Origin: Betaproteobacteria bacterium
GTDB taxonomy: Bacteria; Pseudomonadota; Gammaproteobacteria; Burkholderiales; Casimicrobiaceae
Direction of reading: 5' to 3'
Length of the DNA stretch: 64,000 bases
Assembly (NCBI GenBank): GCA_013298145.1
Contig: JAAFJO010000009.1
Coordinates: 13,783 to 77,782, forward strand
The first letter of the stretch is position 1, and each line of letters starts with the position of its first letter. Positions 50,016 to 59,121 of the stretch are shown here, one piece after another. The notes under the pieces were generated by a model. That model made no database searches. It was not told where the DNA came from and worked only from the letters and a program-made list of their open reading frames with translations. A program made the translations under genes and the position numbers.

Positions 50016-50604
50016 CGGGAACCACCACGGACGCGAATCGCCTCAAAACGCGAAAACGCTCCATACCAGTCACTCGACTGGATGGCTTTCAGCGGCGTGC
50101 CGTATTGATTCGCCAAACTTCGACGCCCGGCCGCGCGACTCGGCTATTTCGCTCCTGGTCTTGCACCACATCAGTTTGCCTGCAGGGCATTTCGAGGGTG
50201 ACGCGGTTATTCGCTTGTTTACCAACCAGCTCGACGACTCAGACCCTGAGCTGAGTGAGCTTGCAGCGCTGCGAGTTTCAGCGCATTTTTTTATCCGTCG
50301 CGATGGATCGCTCATCCAGTTTGTGAACGTATTTGATCGCGCCTGGCATGCCGGCGTATCGAGCTGGCGGGGGCGCGAACGCTGCAATGACTTCTCCGTC
50401 GGGGTAGAAATTGAGGGAGACTGTGAACATCCATTTGCGCGTGGGCAGTATGAAACTTTGAATCGACTTAGCGCCGACTTAGCCTCGCTTTTGCCAATAA
50501 AAGATACAGCGACTCACGCGGAGATTGCATTTGGACGCAAAGTCGATCCGGGTCCGAGATTTGATTTGGCCCTTCTAAATGCGGCACGTAACGCCCAAAG
50601 TTGA
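50005..50604 (+). CDS. ampD: 1,6-anhydro-N-acetylmuramyl-L-alanine amidase AmpD
   Basis: ATG 50005 overlaps the regulator gene by 11 nt. SPNFDARP...LLVLHHISLP...AWHAGVSSWRGRERCNDFSVGVEIEG...TATHAEIAFGRKVDPG is canonical AmpD. Confidence 0.88.
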   Translation: MTTNGNHHGRESPQNAKTLHTSHSTGWLSAACRIDSPNFDARPRDSAISLLVLHHISLPAGHFEGDAVIRLFTNQLDDSDPELSELAALRVSAHFFIRRDGSLIQFVNVFDRAWHAGVSSWRGRERCNDFSVGVEIEGDCEHPFARGQYETLNRLSADLASLLPIKDTATHAEIAFGRKVDPGPRFDLALLNAARNAQS

Positions 50605-50652
50605 CAGTTGGCAACGGGTTCACCCGTTGACCGACGCCTACAATCGCAGCCC

Positions 50653-51228
50653 ATGCAATTCGTACTTGAATACGCGCCGATCATTCTTTTTTTCGTCGCT
50701 TACAAACTCAAAGACATCTATTTCGCGACCGGCATCGCCATCGGCGCTTCGATTGCGGCAATCGGCTATGCCTACTTTGTGCAAAAGAAAGTCAGCGCAA
50801 TGCAATGGCTTTCGCTCGCGATCATCATTGTGTTTGGGGGCGCAACGCTTTTTTTGCATGACGAAACCTTCATCAAGTGGAAGCCGTCGGCGTTGTACGC
50901 CACGCTAGCGCTGACGCTGTTGAGCGGCAAGCTTTTTTTTCGGCGCGATTGGATCGCCGTCCTCTTCAAGCAAGCAAATATCATCGCGCCGGCAGGCGTG
51001 TGGACGTTAATTACCTGGAGTTGGATCGTATTCTTTACCGGCATGGCAGCGCTCAACGGCTACGTTGCGACTTATTTCAGCCTTGATGCGTGGGTGAATT
51101 TCAAAGTGTGGTGGGCGATGGGCATCTTCTTCGCCTTCACCATCGCCAACGTGCTCTACCTTTCTCGCTACATCCAAGAACCAGATCCCGTTCAACCGAA
51201 AGACGCGAGCGCTGGAGATCGCGTTTGA
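50653..51228 (+). CDS. yciB: Intracellular septation protein A (YciB/IspZ)
   Basis: The start is refined to ATG 50653 (MQFVLEYAPIILFFVAYKLKDIYFATGIAI...). The product has five TM helices and a typical length. Confidence 0.88.
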   Translation: MQFVLEYAPIILFFVAYKLKDIYFATGIAIGASIAAIGYAYFVQKKVSAMQWLSLAIIIVFGGATLFLHDETFIKWKPSALYATLALTLLSGKLFFRRDWIAVLFKQANIIAPAGVWTLITWSWIVFFTGMAALNGYVATYFSLDAWVNFKVWWAMGIFFAFTIANVLYLSRYIQEPDPVQPKDASAGDRV

Positions 51229-51509
51229 GCGCGTTGATCGAATTGTTTGAATCGCGCATCGCGTCCTTATCGCCCACACGGGCGAGTGTGGAGGACGAGA
51301 GTGCGCGGCATGCTGGCCACGCTGGCAACAACGGCGGCGGGCACCTACGTGCCACCATTGTCTCCCCCGCATTCGGCGGAAAAAACACCATGACGCGTCA
51401 TCGCATGGTCTACGCCCTCGTCAACGATCTCATGCCGCACCGCATTCATGCGCTATCGCTCACCACCCTCACCCCCGACGAGGCGCAGCAACGCGCCGAC
51501 TTGGCGTAA
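51225..51509 (+). CDS. BolA-family protein
   Basis: The TTG 51225 start overlaps the yciB stop (TTGA). ...VEDESARHAGHAG...HLRATIVSPAFGGKNTMTRHRMVYALVNDLMPHRIHALSLTTLTPDE matches BolA. The yciB-bolA-ppiC order is as in Burkholderiales. Confidence 0.8.
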   Translation: MSALIELFESRIASLSPTRASVEDESARHAGHAGNNGGGHLRATIVSPAFGGKNTMTRHRMVYALVNDLMPHRIHALSLTTLTPDEAQQRADLA

Positions 51510-51570
51510 CGCTCAACTGAACTCAGCCGCTTTACCTTTGTCTCAACTACTTCCCTACTCGGATGTCTTT

Positions 51571-52386
51571 ATGAAAATCAAAACAAGTCTCGTGCTCGTC
51601 ACCGCGCTGATCGCCGTTAGCGGCATCGCCTCGGCCCAAACTAAACGCGCAGCGCCCGCCGCGGCACCAGCTCCAGCAGCGGCGGCTTCCTCGGGCGCCC
51701 TCTTTTCGCAAGCGCAGCTTGAACTGATCGTAAAAGAACGTGTTGCGCAGGGCCAGCCAGATACGCCCGAGCTCCGCGAGTTTCTGAAACAAGAGCTGGT
51801 GAACCGTGAGCTTCTCCTGCGCGCCGCGAAAGCAAAAGGCTTGGATCGCGATGCGACGCTGCGTACACAGATGCAAGTTGCATCCGACACGATCCTTATC
51901 CGTAGCTATCTAAATGACTACGTTTCTTCAAAACAAGTAGGCGATGACGTGCTCAAGAAAGAATACGAGCAGATCAAAGCCGGATTGGGCGATAAAGAGT
52001 ATCGCGCGCGCCACATCCTGGTCGAAAAGAAAGAGGAAGCCGACGCATTGATCAAACAGCTCCAAAGCGGTGCTAAGTTTGAAGATCTCGCTAAAGCAAA
52101 TTCCAAGGATCCAGGCTCCAAGGAAAATGGTGGTGACCTTGACTGGGCCGTTCCATCGAACTACGTTCAACCGTTCTCCGAAGCAATGGTGAAGCTCGAA
52201 AAGGGAAAATACACGCCTCAACCCGTGCAAAGCCCGTTCGGTTTTCACATCATCAAGCTGGAAGATGTCCGCGACGCGAAAGCGCCTGCATTTGATGAAG
52301 TGAAGCCGCAGCTCGCGCAACGTCTGCAAGGCAAGATCGTGGAAGACCACCTCATGGAACTTCGCACCAAGGCCGGCGTGAAGTAG
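51571..52386 (+). CDS. Periplasmic parvulin-type peptidyl-prolyl cis-trans isomerase (PpiC domain)
   Basis: ATG 51571 with signal peptide MKIKTSLVLVTALIAVSGIASAQ. The parvulin core is YRARHILVEKKEEADALIKQLQSGAKFEDLAKANSKDPGSKENGGDLDW...SPFGFHIIKLED. Confidence 0.88.
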   Translation: MKIKTSLVLVTALIAVSGIASAQTKRAAPAAAPAPAAAASSGALFSQAQLELIVKERVAQGQPDTPELREFLKQELVNRELLLRAAKAKGLDRDATLRTQMQVASDTILIRSYLNDYVSSKQVGDDVLKKEYEQIKAGLGDKEYRARHILVEKKEEADALIKQLQSGAKFEDLAKANSKDPGSKENGGDLDWAVPSNYVQPFSEAMVKLEKGKYTPQPVQSPFGFHIIKLEDVRDAKAPAFDEVKPQLAQRLQGKIVEDHLMELRTKAGVK

Positions 52387-52409
52387 CCACTCAACTATTT
52401 CTGGCTAAG

Positions 52410-52436
52410 AAAACCGCCTTCGGGCGGTTTTTTTTC
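52410..52436 (+). terminator. Rho-independent terminator after the PPIase gene
   Basis: Stem AAAACCGCC, loop TTCG, stem GGCGGTTTT, followed by a run of T, 24 nt after the stop codon. Confidence 0.88.
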
Positions 52437-52639
52437 GCGAGCGCCGTAACGACCAACCACGCGCGAGCGTCCAGCCCCACTTGTAAAGACAACACGCAAG
52501 AAATGCACAAAAACCGACAGCTCAAAAAACGTTACCGCTCGCGCGCTTTAAGTGACAGCTTCCCTCGGTAATAATCCCGCACCGCTATGTGAGAAGTTAT
52601 GGCTTGCATAGCCTTCATTAACGCGACTCAAACAATGCG

Positions 52640-53116
52640 TTGGGGGATTTGAGATTGAATCAATTTCTAAAAAATAAAGACTTACTCGCTGGGCTGATGT
52701 TTCTCGTCATCGGCATCGTTTTTTTCGTCGGTGCGTATAACTACTCGATAGGCACAGCGGCGAGAATGGGGCCGGGATATTTCCCGCGCATCCTTGGCGG
52801 CTTACTGGCCGCACTCGGCGTCATCGTGGCCGGCGTTGGTCTCAAAAACCAGGCTGCGTGGGCAAAAACCGAGGGCATCGGCTGGACTTGGAAACCTGTC
52901 GTGATCCTCACAGTTGCCGTGGTGCTCTTCGGGTTAGCGCTGCAGCCACTTGGCATGATCACATCGATCATTTTGCTGACCGTGATCTCGGGCATTGCTG
53001 CCCACGATAAGAATTACCGTGAGCTCGCGTTGATCACCGTAATCATGTGTTTGTTCTGTTCGGCGGTGTTTGTGTGGGGCTTGAAGTTGCAGATGAAGCT
53101 CTTTCCTTGGAGTTAA
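52640..53116 (+). CDS. tctB: Tripartite tricarboxylate transporter small membrane subunit TctB
   Basis: About 155 aa with four TM helices (LLAGLMFLVIGIVFFVGAYNY...GPGYFPRILG). It sits immediately upstream of tctA. Several in-frame TTG starts (52640, 52649, 52655) cannot be discriminated. Confidence 0.8.
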   Translation: MGDLRLNQFLKNKDLLAGLMFLVIGIVFFVGAYNYSIGTAARMGPGYFPRILGGLLAALGVIVAGVGLKNQAAWAKTEGIGWTWKPVVILTVAVVLFGLALQPLGMITSIILLTVISGIAAHDKNYRELALITVIMCLFCSAVFVWGLKLQMKLFPWS

Positions 53117-53119
53117 GCG

Positions 53120-54628
53120 ATGGATCTGATCAATAACCTCGCGCTCGGTTTCGGCGTTGCGCTCACCTTCCAGAACATTCTTTACGCGCTGATCGGCTGC
53201 CTACTGGGCACGCTCATCGGCGTCTTGCCCGGCATCGGACCAGTTGCGACTATCGCAATGTTGTTGCCTACTACTTACGCGCTTCCCCCCGTCTCGGCAC
53301 TCATCATGTTGGCGGGTATTTATTACGGCGCGCAATACGGCGGATCTACGACCGCAATCCTCGTGAATCTACCCGGCGAATCCTCGTCGGTCGTGACCGC
53401 ACTCGACGGCTACCAAATGGCACGTAAGGGTCGAGCGGGAGCCGCGCTTGGAATGGCGGCCATCGGATCTTTTATCGCCGGAACGTTTTCCACGCTGTTG
53501 GTCGCAGCGTTCGCGCCGCCGCTCTCGGAAGCTGCGCTCAAATTCGGGCCAGCCGATTATTTTTCGCTGATGGTTTTAGGGCTGATCGCAGCGGTGGTAC
53601 TCGCCCATGGGTCAGTATTAAAAGCTATCGCCATGATCGTCCTAGGGATTGTGCTTGGCCTCGTAGGGACCGACGTGAACTCGGGCGTGGCTCGCTTCAG
53701 TTTCGACACGCCTGAATTGACCGACGGGATCGGCTTCGTGGCTGTGGCGATGGGGATTTTCGGTATTGGTGAAATTCTCATCAACCTCGAAAAAGGCGAA
53801 GCGCGCGAGGTATTTACCTCAAAGGTTGGGAGACTGCTGCCAACCCTTGACGACTTCAAAAAGTCTGCGGGGGCGATTGCACGCGGAACAGGCCTAGGCT
53901 CGTTGCTCGGCATCCTGCCAGGTGGTGGCGCGCTCCTCGCCTCATTCTCTTCTTACTCACTTGAGAAAAAGTTGGCCGGCGCAAACGCCGATCCCCCTTT
54001 TGGTAAGGGCAATATTCGCGGCGTTGCGGCGCCGGAATCGGCTAATAATGCCGGCGCGCAAACATCGTTTATTCCCTTGCTTACGTTGGGAATTCCTCCC
54101 AACGCTGTGATGGCATTGATGGTGGGCGCGATGACGATCCACAATATTCAACCCGGGCCCCAGGTCATTACGTCAAACCCTCAGCTCTTCTGGGGCTTGA
54201 TCGCGTCGATGTGGGTGGGTAACCTGATGCTTGTGATTCTGAATCTTCCACTCATCGGGATGTGGGTTCAGTTATTGAAGATTCCGTACCGCTTGCTGTA
54301 TCCGATGATCCTCGTGTTCTGTTGCATCGGCGTTTATACGGTCAACAATTCAACGTTTGACATTTGGATCATTGCTGCGTTTGGTGTGATTGGCTACATC
54401 TTCACAAAACTGGAGTGCGAAGCAGCGCCGTTGCTCCTGGGCTTCATCCTTGGGCCGATGATGGAAGAGAACTTGCGCCGCGCGATGCTTCTCTCGCGTG
54501 GCGACCCGATGGTGTTCTTGCAGCGTCCGATTAGTTTGACGATGTTGGTGCTCTCGGCGTTGCTCCTCATCGTGCTGGCGCTACCCGCGATTCGCAAGAA
54601 GCGTGAAGAAACGTTCGTCGAGGATTGA
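53120..54628 (+). CDS. tctA: Tripartite tricarboxylate transporter large permease TctA
   Basis: 502 aa, MDLINNLALGFGVALTFQNILYALIGCLLGTLIGVLPGIGPVATIAMLLP...GESSSVVT. This is canonical TctA. Confidence 0.93.
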   Translation: MDLINNLALGFGVALTFQNILYALIGCLLGTLIGVLPGIGPVATIAMLLPTTYALPPVSALIMLAGIYYGAQYGGSTTAILVNLPGESSSVVTALDGYQMARKGRAGAALGMAAIGSFIAGTFSTLLVAAFAPPLSEAALKFGPADYFSLMVLGLIAAVVLAHGSVLKAIAMIVLGIVLGLVGTDVNSGVARFSFDTPELTDGIGFVAVAMGIFGIGEILINLEKGEAREVFTSKVGRLLPTLDDFKKSAGAIARGTGLGSLLGILPGGGALLASFSSYSLEKKLAGANADPPFGKGNIRGVAAPESANNAGAQTSFIPLLTLGIPPNAVMALMVGAMTIHNIQPGPQVITSNPQLFWGLIASMWVGNLMLVILNLPLIGMWVQLLKIPYRLLYPMILVFCCIGVYTVNNSTFDIWIIAAFGVIGYIFTKLECEAAPLLLGFILGPMMEENLRRAMLLSRGDPMVFLQRPISLTMLVLSALLLIVLALPAIRKKREETFVED

Positions 54629-54649
54629 GCACTTCGAGGTATCAGATGG

Positions 54650-54680
54650 AAAACGGACGCACTCGCGTCCGTTTTTCTTT
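54650..54680 (+). terminator. Rho-independent terminator after tctA, possibly shared with the convergent gene
   Basis: Stem ACGGACGC, loop ACTC, stem GCGTCCGT, followed by TTTTCTTT. The reverse orientation is followed by TTTTCC. Confidence 0.8.
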
Positions 54681-54703
54681 GTATTCATCACACGGTATCG
54701 TGA

Positions 54704-55504
54704 TCAATTGAGCGTACGGGGCTTTCCGCCAAAGCCCGAGCTCTCCAACCAAAGGATCACTGAGTCCACCGTGACCGTTTCGATCCGATCCGAGAAGCGC
54801 TTCTCATTGGGATGATCATCGAACGCCACATTCGCTGCAGTCATTCGTCCGCCGAGCCGCGTGAGCGGTGGGATATCGAGCGGGGTCGGTATGTAGCCCT
54901 CAAACTTGAGCCACGCCTGCGCCTGCTCGCGCCCCCTCACCCGAGGTGACATTGCCATCGCGAGCGTTTCGATCGCCCACTGGTTACTCTGTTGGTATCG
55001 GGTGCTCCACGGATAGGCGACCACGTTGTACGACTCGATATGAAGTGCTTTCACACGAGCGCTCGTCAACACTGGATAAAGCGCTTCTTGAACGTCGTTC
55101 CTGAGTACCACGAACACAGCGTCTGCACGAAACAAATCGTCAAGAAAAAACTCCGCTAGCCCTTGGCGATAGAGATGCGCTACGGCCGAGCCGCATTGGT
55201 TTAACTTGTGGGAGACGAGCCAACGCCCATCCTCGCCCCTCACCGCAAACCCGAGATGCGAATAGCGCAATCGGTACTTGCGCAGATCTTGGCCTGAGCG
55301 CGCAATGACGACCACTTTCGCGCCAGTCGCATCCAACGCCGAGCGCGCGCGCTCGGCAAGATCTAGCCCGCGCGTAACGCTTACCACGCTGGGGCGACGC
55401 GCTTCACATGAACGTCCCGCGTCGGCATGCCCCGAAACGAGTAGACACGCGAGCGCGACAACGTAGACCATCCCCCGCCGCACGCCGCACGTTATTGCAA
55501 ACAT
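54704..55504 (-). CDS. DUF2145-like exported protein
   Basis: 266 aa with a signal peptide (MVYVVALACLLVSGHADAG). ...KYRLRYSHLGFAVR...WLVSHKLNQCG... matches my memory of DUF2145. Confidence 0.6.
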   Translation of the reverse strand: MFAITCGVRRGMVYVVALACLLVSGHADAGRSCEARRPSVVSVTRGLDLAERARSALDATGAKVVVIARSGQDLRKYRLRYSHLGFAVRGEDGRWLVSHKLNQCGSAVAHLYRQGLAEFFLDDLFRADAVFVVLRNDVQEALYPVLTSARVKALHIESYNVVAYPWSTRYQQSNQWAIETLAMAMSPRVRGREQAQAWLKFEGYIPTPLDIPPLTRLGGRMTAANVAFDDHPNEKRFSDRIETVTVDSVILWLESSGFGGKPRTLN

Positions 55505-55517
55505 GATTCGCCTTACC

Positions 55518-55973
55518 TTACAGCGGTTCGTGATGCGAAAGCGCGCGGCCTAGCGCATTCGGAATAAACACAATCGCCTCGCCAGCGCTAACGATCAGGG
55601 TGCCGGAGGCCACCACCGTCACACTGACCGCCGTGCCAACTGACACGCCAACGGTATGTACGCTCCGTCCCGCGATATCGAGACTCACACGCGCGCCGTC
55701 GCTCGCGCGCTCGAAGACGCAGACGACGCCTCTCGCGCTTGCTTCCACGGACTTAACCACCAGGGTGGCCCCGGCAACCGAAAGCGCTGCGGGCACCACG
55801 GCGGCAGCGCCGGCGGCCACACTCGCGCCCGCACCCACGCTCACCACCGACGCCACCGGAACGGCAACTGAGAGCGCACTCGCTTCGGAAAGCTGCGCAT
55901 GTGCGCTCAGGCTTGCGACTGGAAGCGCAACGAAAAGCGCGGAACTAAGAAAGAGTAGACGAAAGTGTTTCAT
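55518..55973 (-). CDS. Secreted Ala/Val/Ser-rich hypothetical protein
   Basis: ATG 55973 has GGAGAA 6 nt upstream. The signal peptide is MKHFRLLFLSSALFVALPVASLSAHAQ and the mature part is low complexity. I recognised no family. Confidence 0.45.
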   Translation of the reverse strand: MKHFRLLFLSSALFVALPVASLSAHAQLSEASALSVAVPVASVVSVGAGASVAAGAAAVVPAALSVAGATLVVKSVEASARGVVCVFERASDGARVSLDIAGRSVHTVGVSVGTAVSVTVVASGTLIVSAGEAIVFIPNALGRALSHHEPL

Positions 55974-56042
55974 AGAGATTCTCCAAAGTGAATAGCAATG
56001 GTCGGGTATGGGCGTTCCCAGCAAGGGCTGAGTGCCCCGCAC

Positions 56043-56666
56043 TTACTCAGAACGTGCTTCGCGCGCTTCAAGCACGGCGATTTCGTGGCGATCACGGAGC
56101 GTTTTTGCGAGCGTGAACGTGGTGGTGATTAGGTACAACCAGCTCACCAGCAAATACGCTTTGTAGGACTCCGGAATCGCCATGCGATACAAGCCCCAGC
56201 TGGTGAGCGCGATCGCTGCCGCAAACGCAACGTAGACCACCGCCCCGAAGAGCGGCGTGTCAGCCTTGCGCTGCGCGTTGTCTCGAACAAATTTTGAAAG
56301 CACGAACGCCGTGGAAAGGCAAAAGAAGTAGCCCATCACCATGAACGCGCGATCCAAATCTGCGCCCGGCAAATAAGCGAGCCCCACAGCGCACAGAAAG
56401 AGCGAGATTCCAAACGAGATCCACACTTGCGCGCCCCACGCCTTGGTGTCCTTCAGGAAAAACGACTTTTCTACAATACGACGTTTTTCCTCTCTGTAGC
56501 CCCGCTCTACACTGGACGAGCGCTTGGTTTCTATTGCGGCCTCGTGCTGTTCTCTGTGCTCTTGGTTGCCGCTGGCGGGCCGAGTTTGTGAATGTGCAAC
56601 CGCGCCCTCTGCCGCGCTCTGACGCATCGCGCTAAACGGGGTGGATTGAAGGGTACTTGCGCTCAT
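56043..56666 (-). CDS. YiaA/YiaB two-helix-domain inner-membrane protein with a charged N-terminal extension
   Basis: 207 aa. It has two copies of a two-TM unit (WISFGISLFLCAVGLAYLP..MGYFFCLSTAFVLSKFVRD and AAAIALTSWGLYRM...YLLVSWLYLITTTFTLAKTLRD), as in YiaAB. Confidence 0.68.
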   Translation of the reverse strand: MSASTLQSTPFSAMRQSAAEGAVAHSQTRPASGNQEHREQHEAAIETKRSSSVERGYREEKRRIVEKSFFLKDTKAWGAQVWISFGISLFLCAVGLAYLPGADLDRAFMVMGYFFCLSTAFVLSKFVRDNAQRKADTPLFGAVVYVAFAAAIALTSWGLYRMAIPESYKAYLLVSWLYLITTTFTLAKTLRDRHEIAVLEAREARSE

Positions 56667-56872
56667 GATCCATGTCTTTCGTTAATTCATCGCGAATTGC
56701 GATAGAACGAACGATAGATTTGGACTTCACAAAAGGCTAGCTAAACAGCACAAGTCGCTACGAATTGACCGATTAGTATCAATCGGCAGTACTCGTTGGC
56801 TAAAACCAGTGATACGAAGTCATGCGCCGAGCGCGGGGTGGGGCTGCAGGCTTTCGGATAGCGCAGCGCGGC

Positions 56873-58711
56873 CTAACGCACGCACTGGGTCGCGAAGTAC
56901 GCTTCAATCGCCTCAGGCGTATTGCGCCAAGGCCCCGTCGCAGGTGGCACCCCAAGCGCGCCCGCGATCAGTGCGCCCCCCCGAATCCCGAGCAACGCGC
57001 GCAGCAAGAGCAGCCCGTCGCTCGGCGCATCAACAACACCGTTTCCGTCGATATCGAGCGCAAGGCTCGATTTGGCAATCGTGGCGCGTGTGCGAGCGGT
57101 ATTCGTCGCCGCGCTTGCCACACCGCTTCGTATCGTCCAGGTGCTGCTTGCCACGTTTTGCAGTGCACGCAATAGCACCAAGCCATCGCGACTCGGCGAG
57201 ATCACGCCATCCGCATCGACGTCAAACCAGCATACCGGTGGCGATTGCGGCAACGAAAGCGTCGCGAAGAATCCGGTGCGTTCTGCGGGTACCGCCGTGG
57301 CGCTCGGCGGACTGGTCTGGATTGCGTTGCTCGACACAAACATGGGGGCAAGCGTTACGGCTGCGGCCACGGCGACCGCACCGCGGGATGCTGCAATCCC
57401 GTGGATCGTTGCTTTTCCGCCTTGATTGAACGCCACCCACACGTCTCGCTTTGAGTAATCTGGCGAAGTAATCAAAAGCCACGCATCATCGCCCGCATAG
57501 GCGGGAAGCGGCGTCCCGTTGATGGCGGCAAGTTCACGATTTTTGATTTGATAAGCCGAAATACCGCCGACGTACACGCGCCCTTCTGCATCAGCCGCAA
57601 TGGCGCGCGGCTCAATCGTGTTCCCGCGCGGATTGCTGTCGCTGGCGACGCCGAGTCGACTCAGCAAAAAGAATCCCATTTCGTGGCGACCGCTCAGCGG
57701 ATCGAAGCGAGCCACGTAGCTGATGTGATTCGATGCGGTGTTGAACGCTTGCACGTAGTTGTCCCCATCGGGCGTCACATTCGCAGCACTTGGCCACACG
57801 CTCGTGCTGGGCAAATGCGCATCGATCATTGCGCGTGATTGCGGAGTCCAGCGATAAATGGCGTTGCCGCCCGCACTTGTGCCCACGAAATAGAGCTTCC
57901 CGTCGTCGCCCATCGCAATGAACCGCCCGCGGGTGTCGGCGCAATCGCCATGCGCATCCGCGACGCCACGCGGATAGTCATACGCACGCCAGCGCAGCGC
58001 GCCTGACCCGCTGAGCTCGTAAGCGCGAATCCAAGCGACTTGAAGTTGCGAACAACTTGATCCATCGCGCTGCGCAAATCCGGTCACGAAGGCCAAGCCA
58101 CTCACTGAATCAATAGCAACGTCGCCCACGAGTGCGTCGCCAAACGCCACCTCGAACAGCTGCACACCGACCGCGCTATAAACACGCAAGGTCTTGCCGA
58201 AGAGCGCCGCAACACGCCCATCCCCGGTTATTGAGACGCGATTGACGCCGCCTGCGACCGACCATCGGAGCGTGCGCAAGTCGCTCGCCACCACCGCCAA
58301 CCCGATATCGCTCGCGACGGCAACGTCGCCGCTTGTGCGACTCACGGCGAGATCGTTCACTTGCGCACCGAACACACTTCGCGCGATCAGAACCGTGCCG
58401 TCGGTACTAAGCCTGGCCACGGTACCCGTGGTGCCCGCCGCAATTGCCGAAAGCGGATTGCCCACATTGGTCACATCGGTGAACGTATTCGAACCGTTTG
58501 TGACACGTCCGGCCAAGAGCAAGGTGCAATCAGGTGCAAATTCGGCTGCGAAAAGGGCGTCAGTCGCGCCTTTGCCGAAGTAGCTCGCCGTTTGAACTGA
58601 GACGGTATGCGCCGTTGGCGAAGGGAACCCCGTTGCGCACGGCGCAGCGTTTGCGTTGAACGAAATGAGCGCAACGCTTATGAGCGCCATTAGCCCAACG
58701 CAATGCAACAC
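56873..58711 (-). CDS. Large secreted protein: beta-propeller-like body plus two C-terminal dockerin/EF-hand-like repeats
   Basis: The ORF is open to 58858. Candidate starts are GTG 58711 and ATG 58690, both before a hydrophobic signal (GLMALISVALISFNANA). The C-terminal repeats are DVDADGVISPSRDGLVLLRAL and DIDGNGVVDAPSDGLLLLRALLG. The function is unknown. Confidence 0.55.
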   Translation of the reverse strand: MLHCVGLMALISVALISFNANAAPCATGFPSPTAHTVSVQTASYFGKGATDALFAAEFAPDCTLLLAGRVTNGSNTFTDVTNVGNPLSAIAAGTTGTVARLSTDGTVLIARSVFGAQVNDLAVSRTSGDVAVASDIGLAVVASDLRTLRWSVAGGVNRVSITGDGRVAALFGKTLRVYSAVGVQLFEVAFGDALVGDVAIDSVSGLAFVTGFAQRDGSSCSQLQVAWIRAYELSGSGALRWRAYDYPRGVADAHGDCADTRGRFIAMGDDGKLYFVGTSAGGNAIYRWTPQSRAMIDAHLPSTSVWPSAANVTPDGDNYVQAFNTASNHISYVARFDPLSGRHEMGFFLLSRLGVASDSNPRGNTIEPRAIAADAEGRVYVGGISAYQIKNRELAAINGTPLPAYAGDDAWLLITSPDYSKRDVWVAFNQGGKATIHGIAASRGAVAVAAAVTLAPMFVSSNAIQTSPPSATAVPAERTGFFATLSLPQSPPVCWFDVDADGVISPSRDGLVLLRALQNVASSTWTIRSGVASAATNTARTRATIAKSSLALDIDGNGVVDAPSDGLLLLRALLGIRGGALIAGALGVPPATGPWRNTPEAIEAYFATQCVR

Positions 58712-59121
58712 GCGGGTCGCACGCGATTGCTCACTCGTTCGAGCGCACCGCGATGGCGCTCGATTCGCAGGATGCGTTTGGCAGCGGCGCACCGCGAAAG
58801 ACAGGCTTGAAGGCGTTTTGTTGAGCGGCACCGGGAAACAACCTCTAGAGAAATTCACCTAATCAACCTGAGCTGGCGCGAGAGTTGCGCATCCAATCTC
58901 AAACACCATAGCGGTGAGAATTAGGCTATCGCGCGAACTTTAGTCGCGCACGCCTGATTCTACGAGGGCTAGATACCCAATGTGTGCAAACGCATGATTC
59001 TCCGGAATCGTCTGTTTGCCCCAAATAAATTCATCGTCTACCTTGAATGCTAGACAACCGTGCGAAGCGTCGAACCTCATCGTTCGTCGTTTCGTATGTG
59101 CGAGAGAAAAAGGGAGTTTTT

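Noticed and set aside
52590-52605. TGGCTTGCATAGCC, resembling sigma-54 -24/-12 elements, upstream of tctB.
   Set aside because: The GG and GC elements are adjacent rather than separated by the required spacing (about 10 bp between GG and GC), so it is not a valid -24/-12 promoter.
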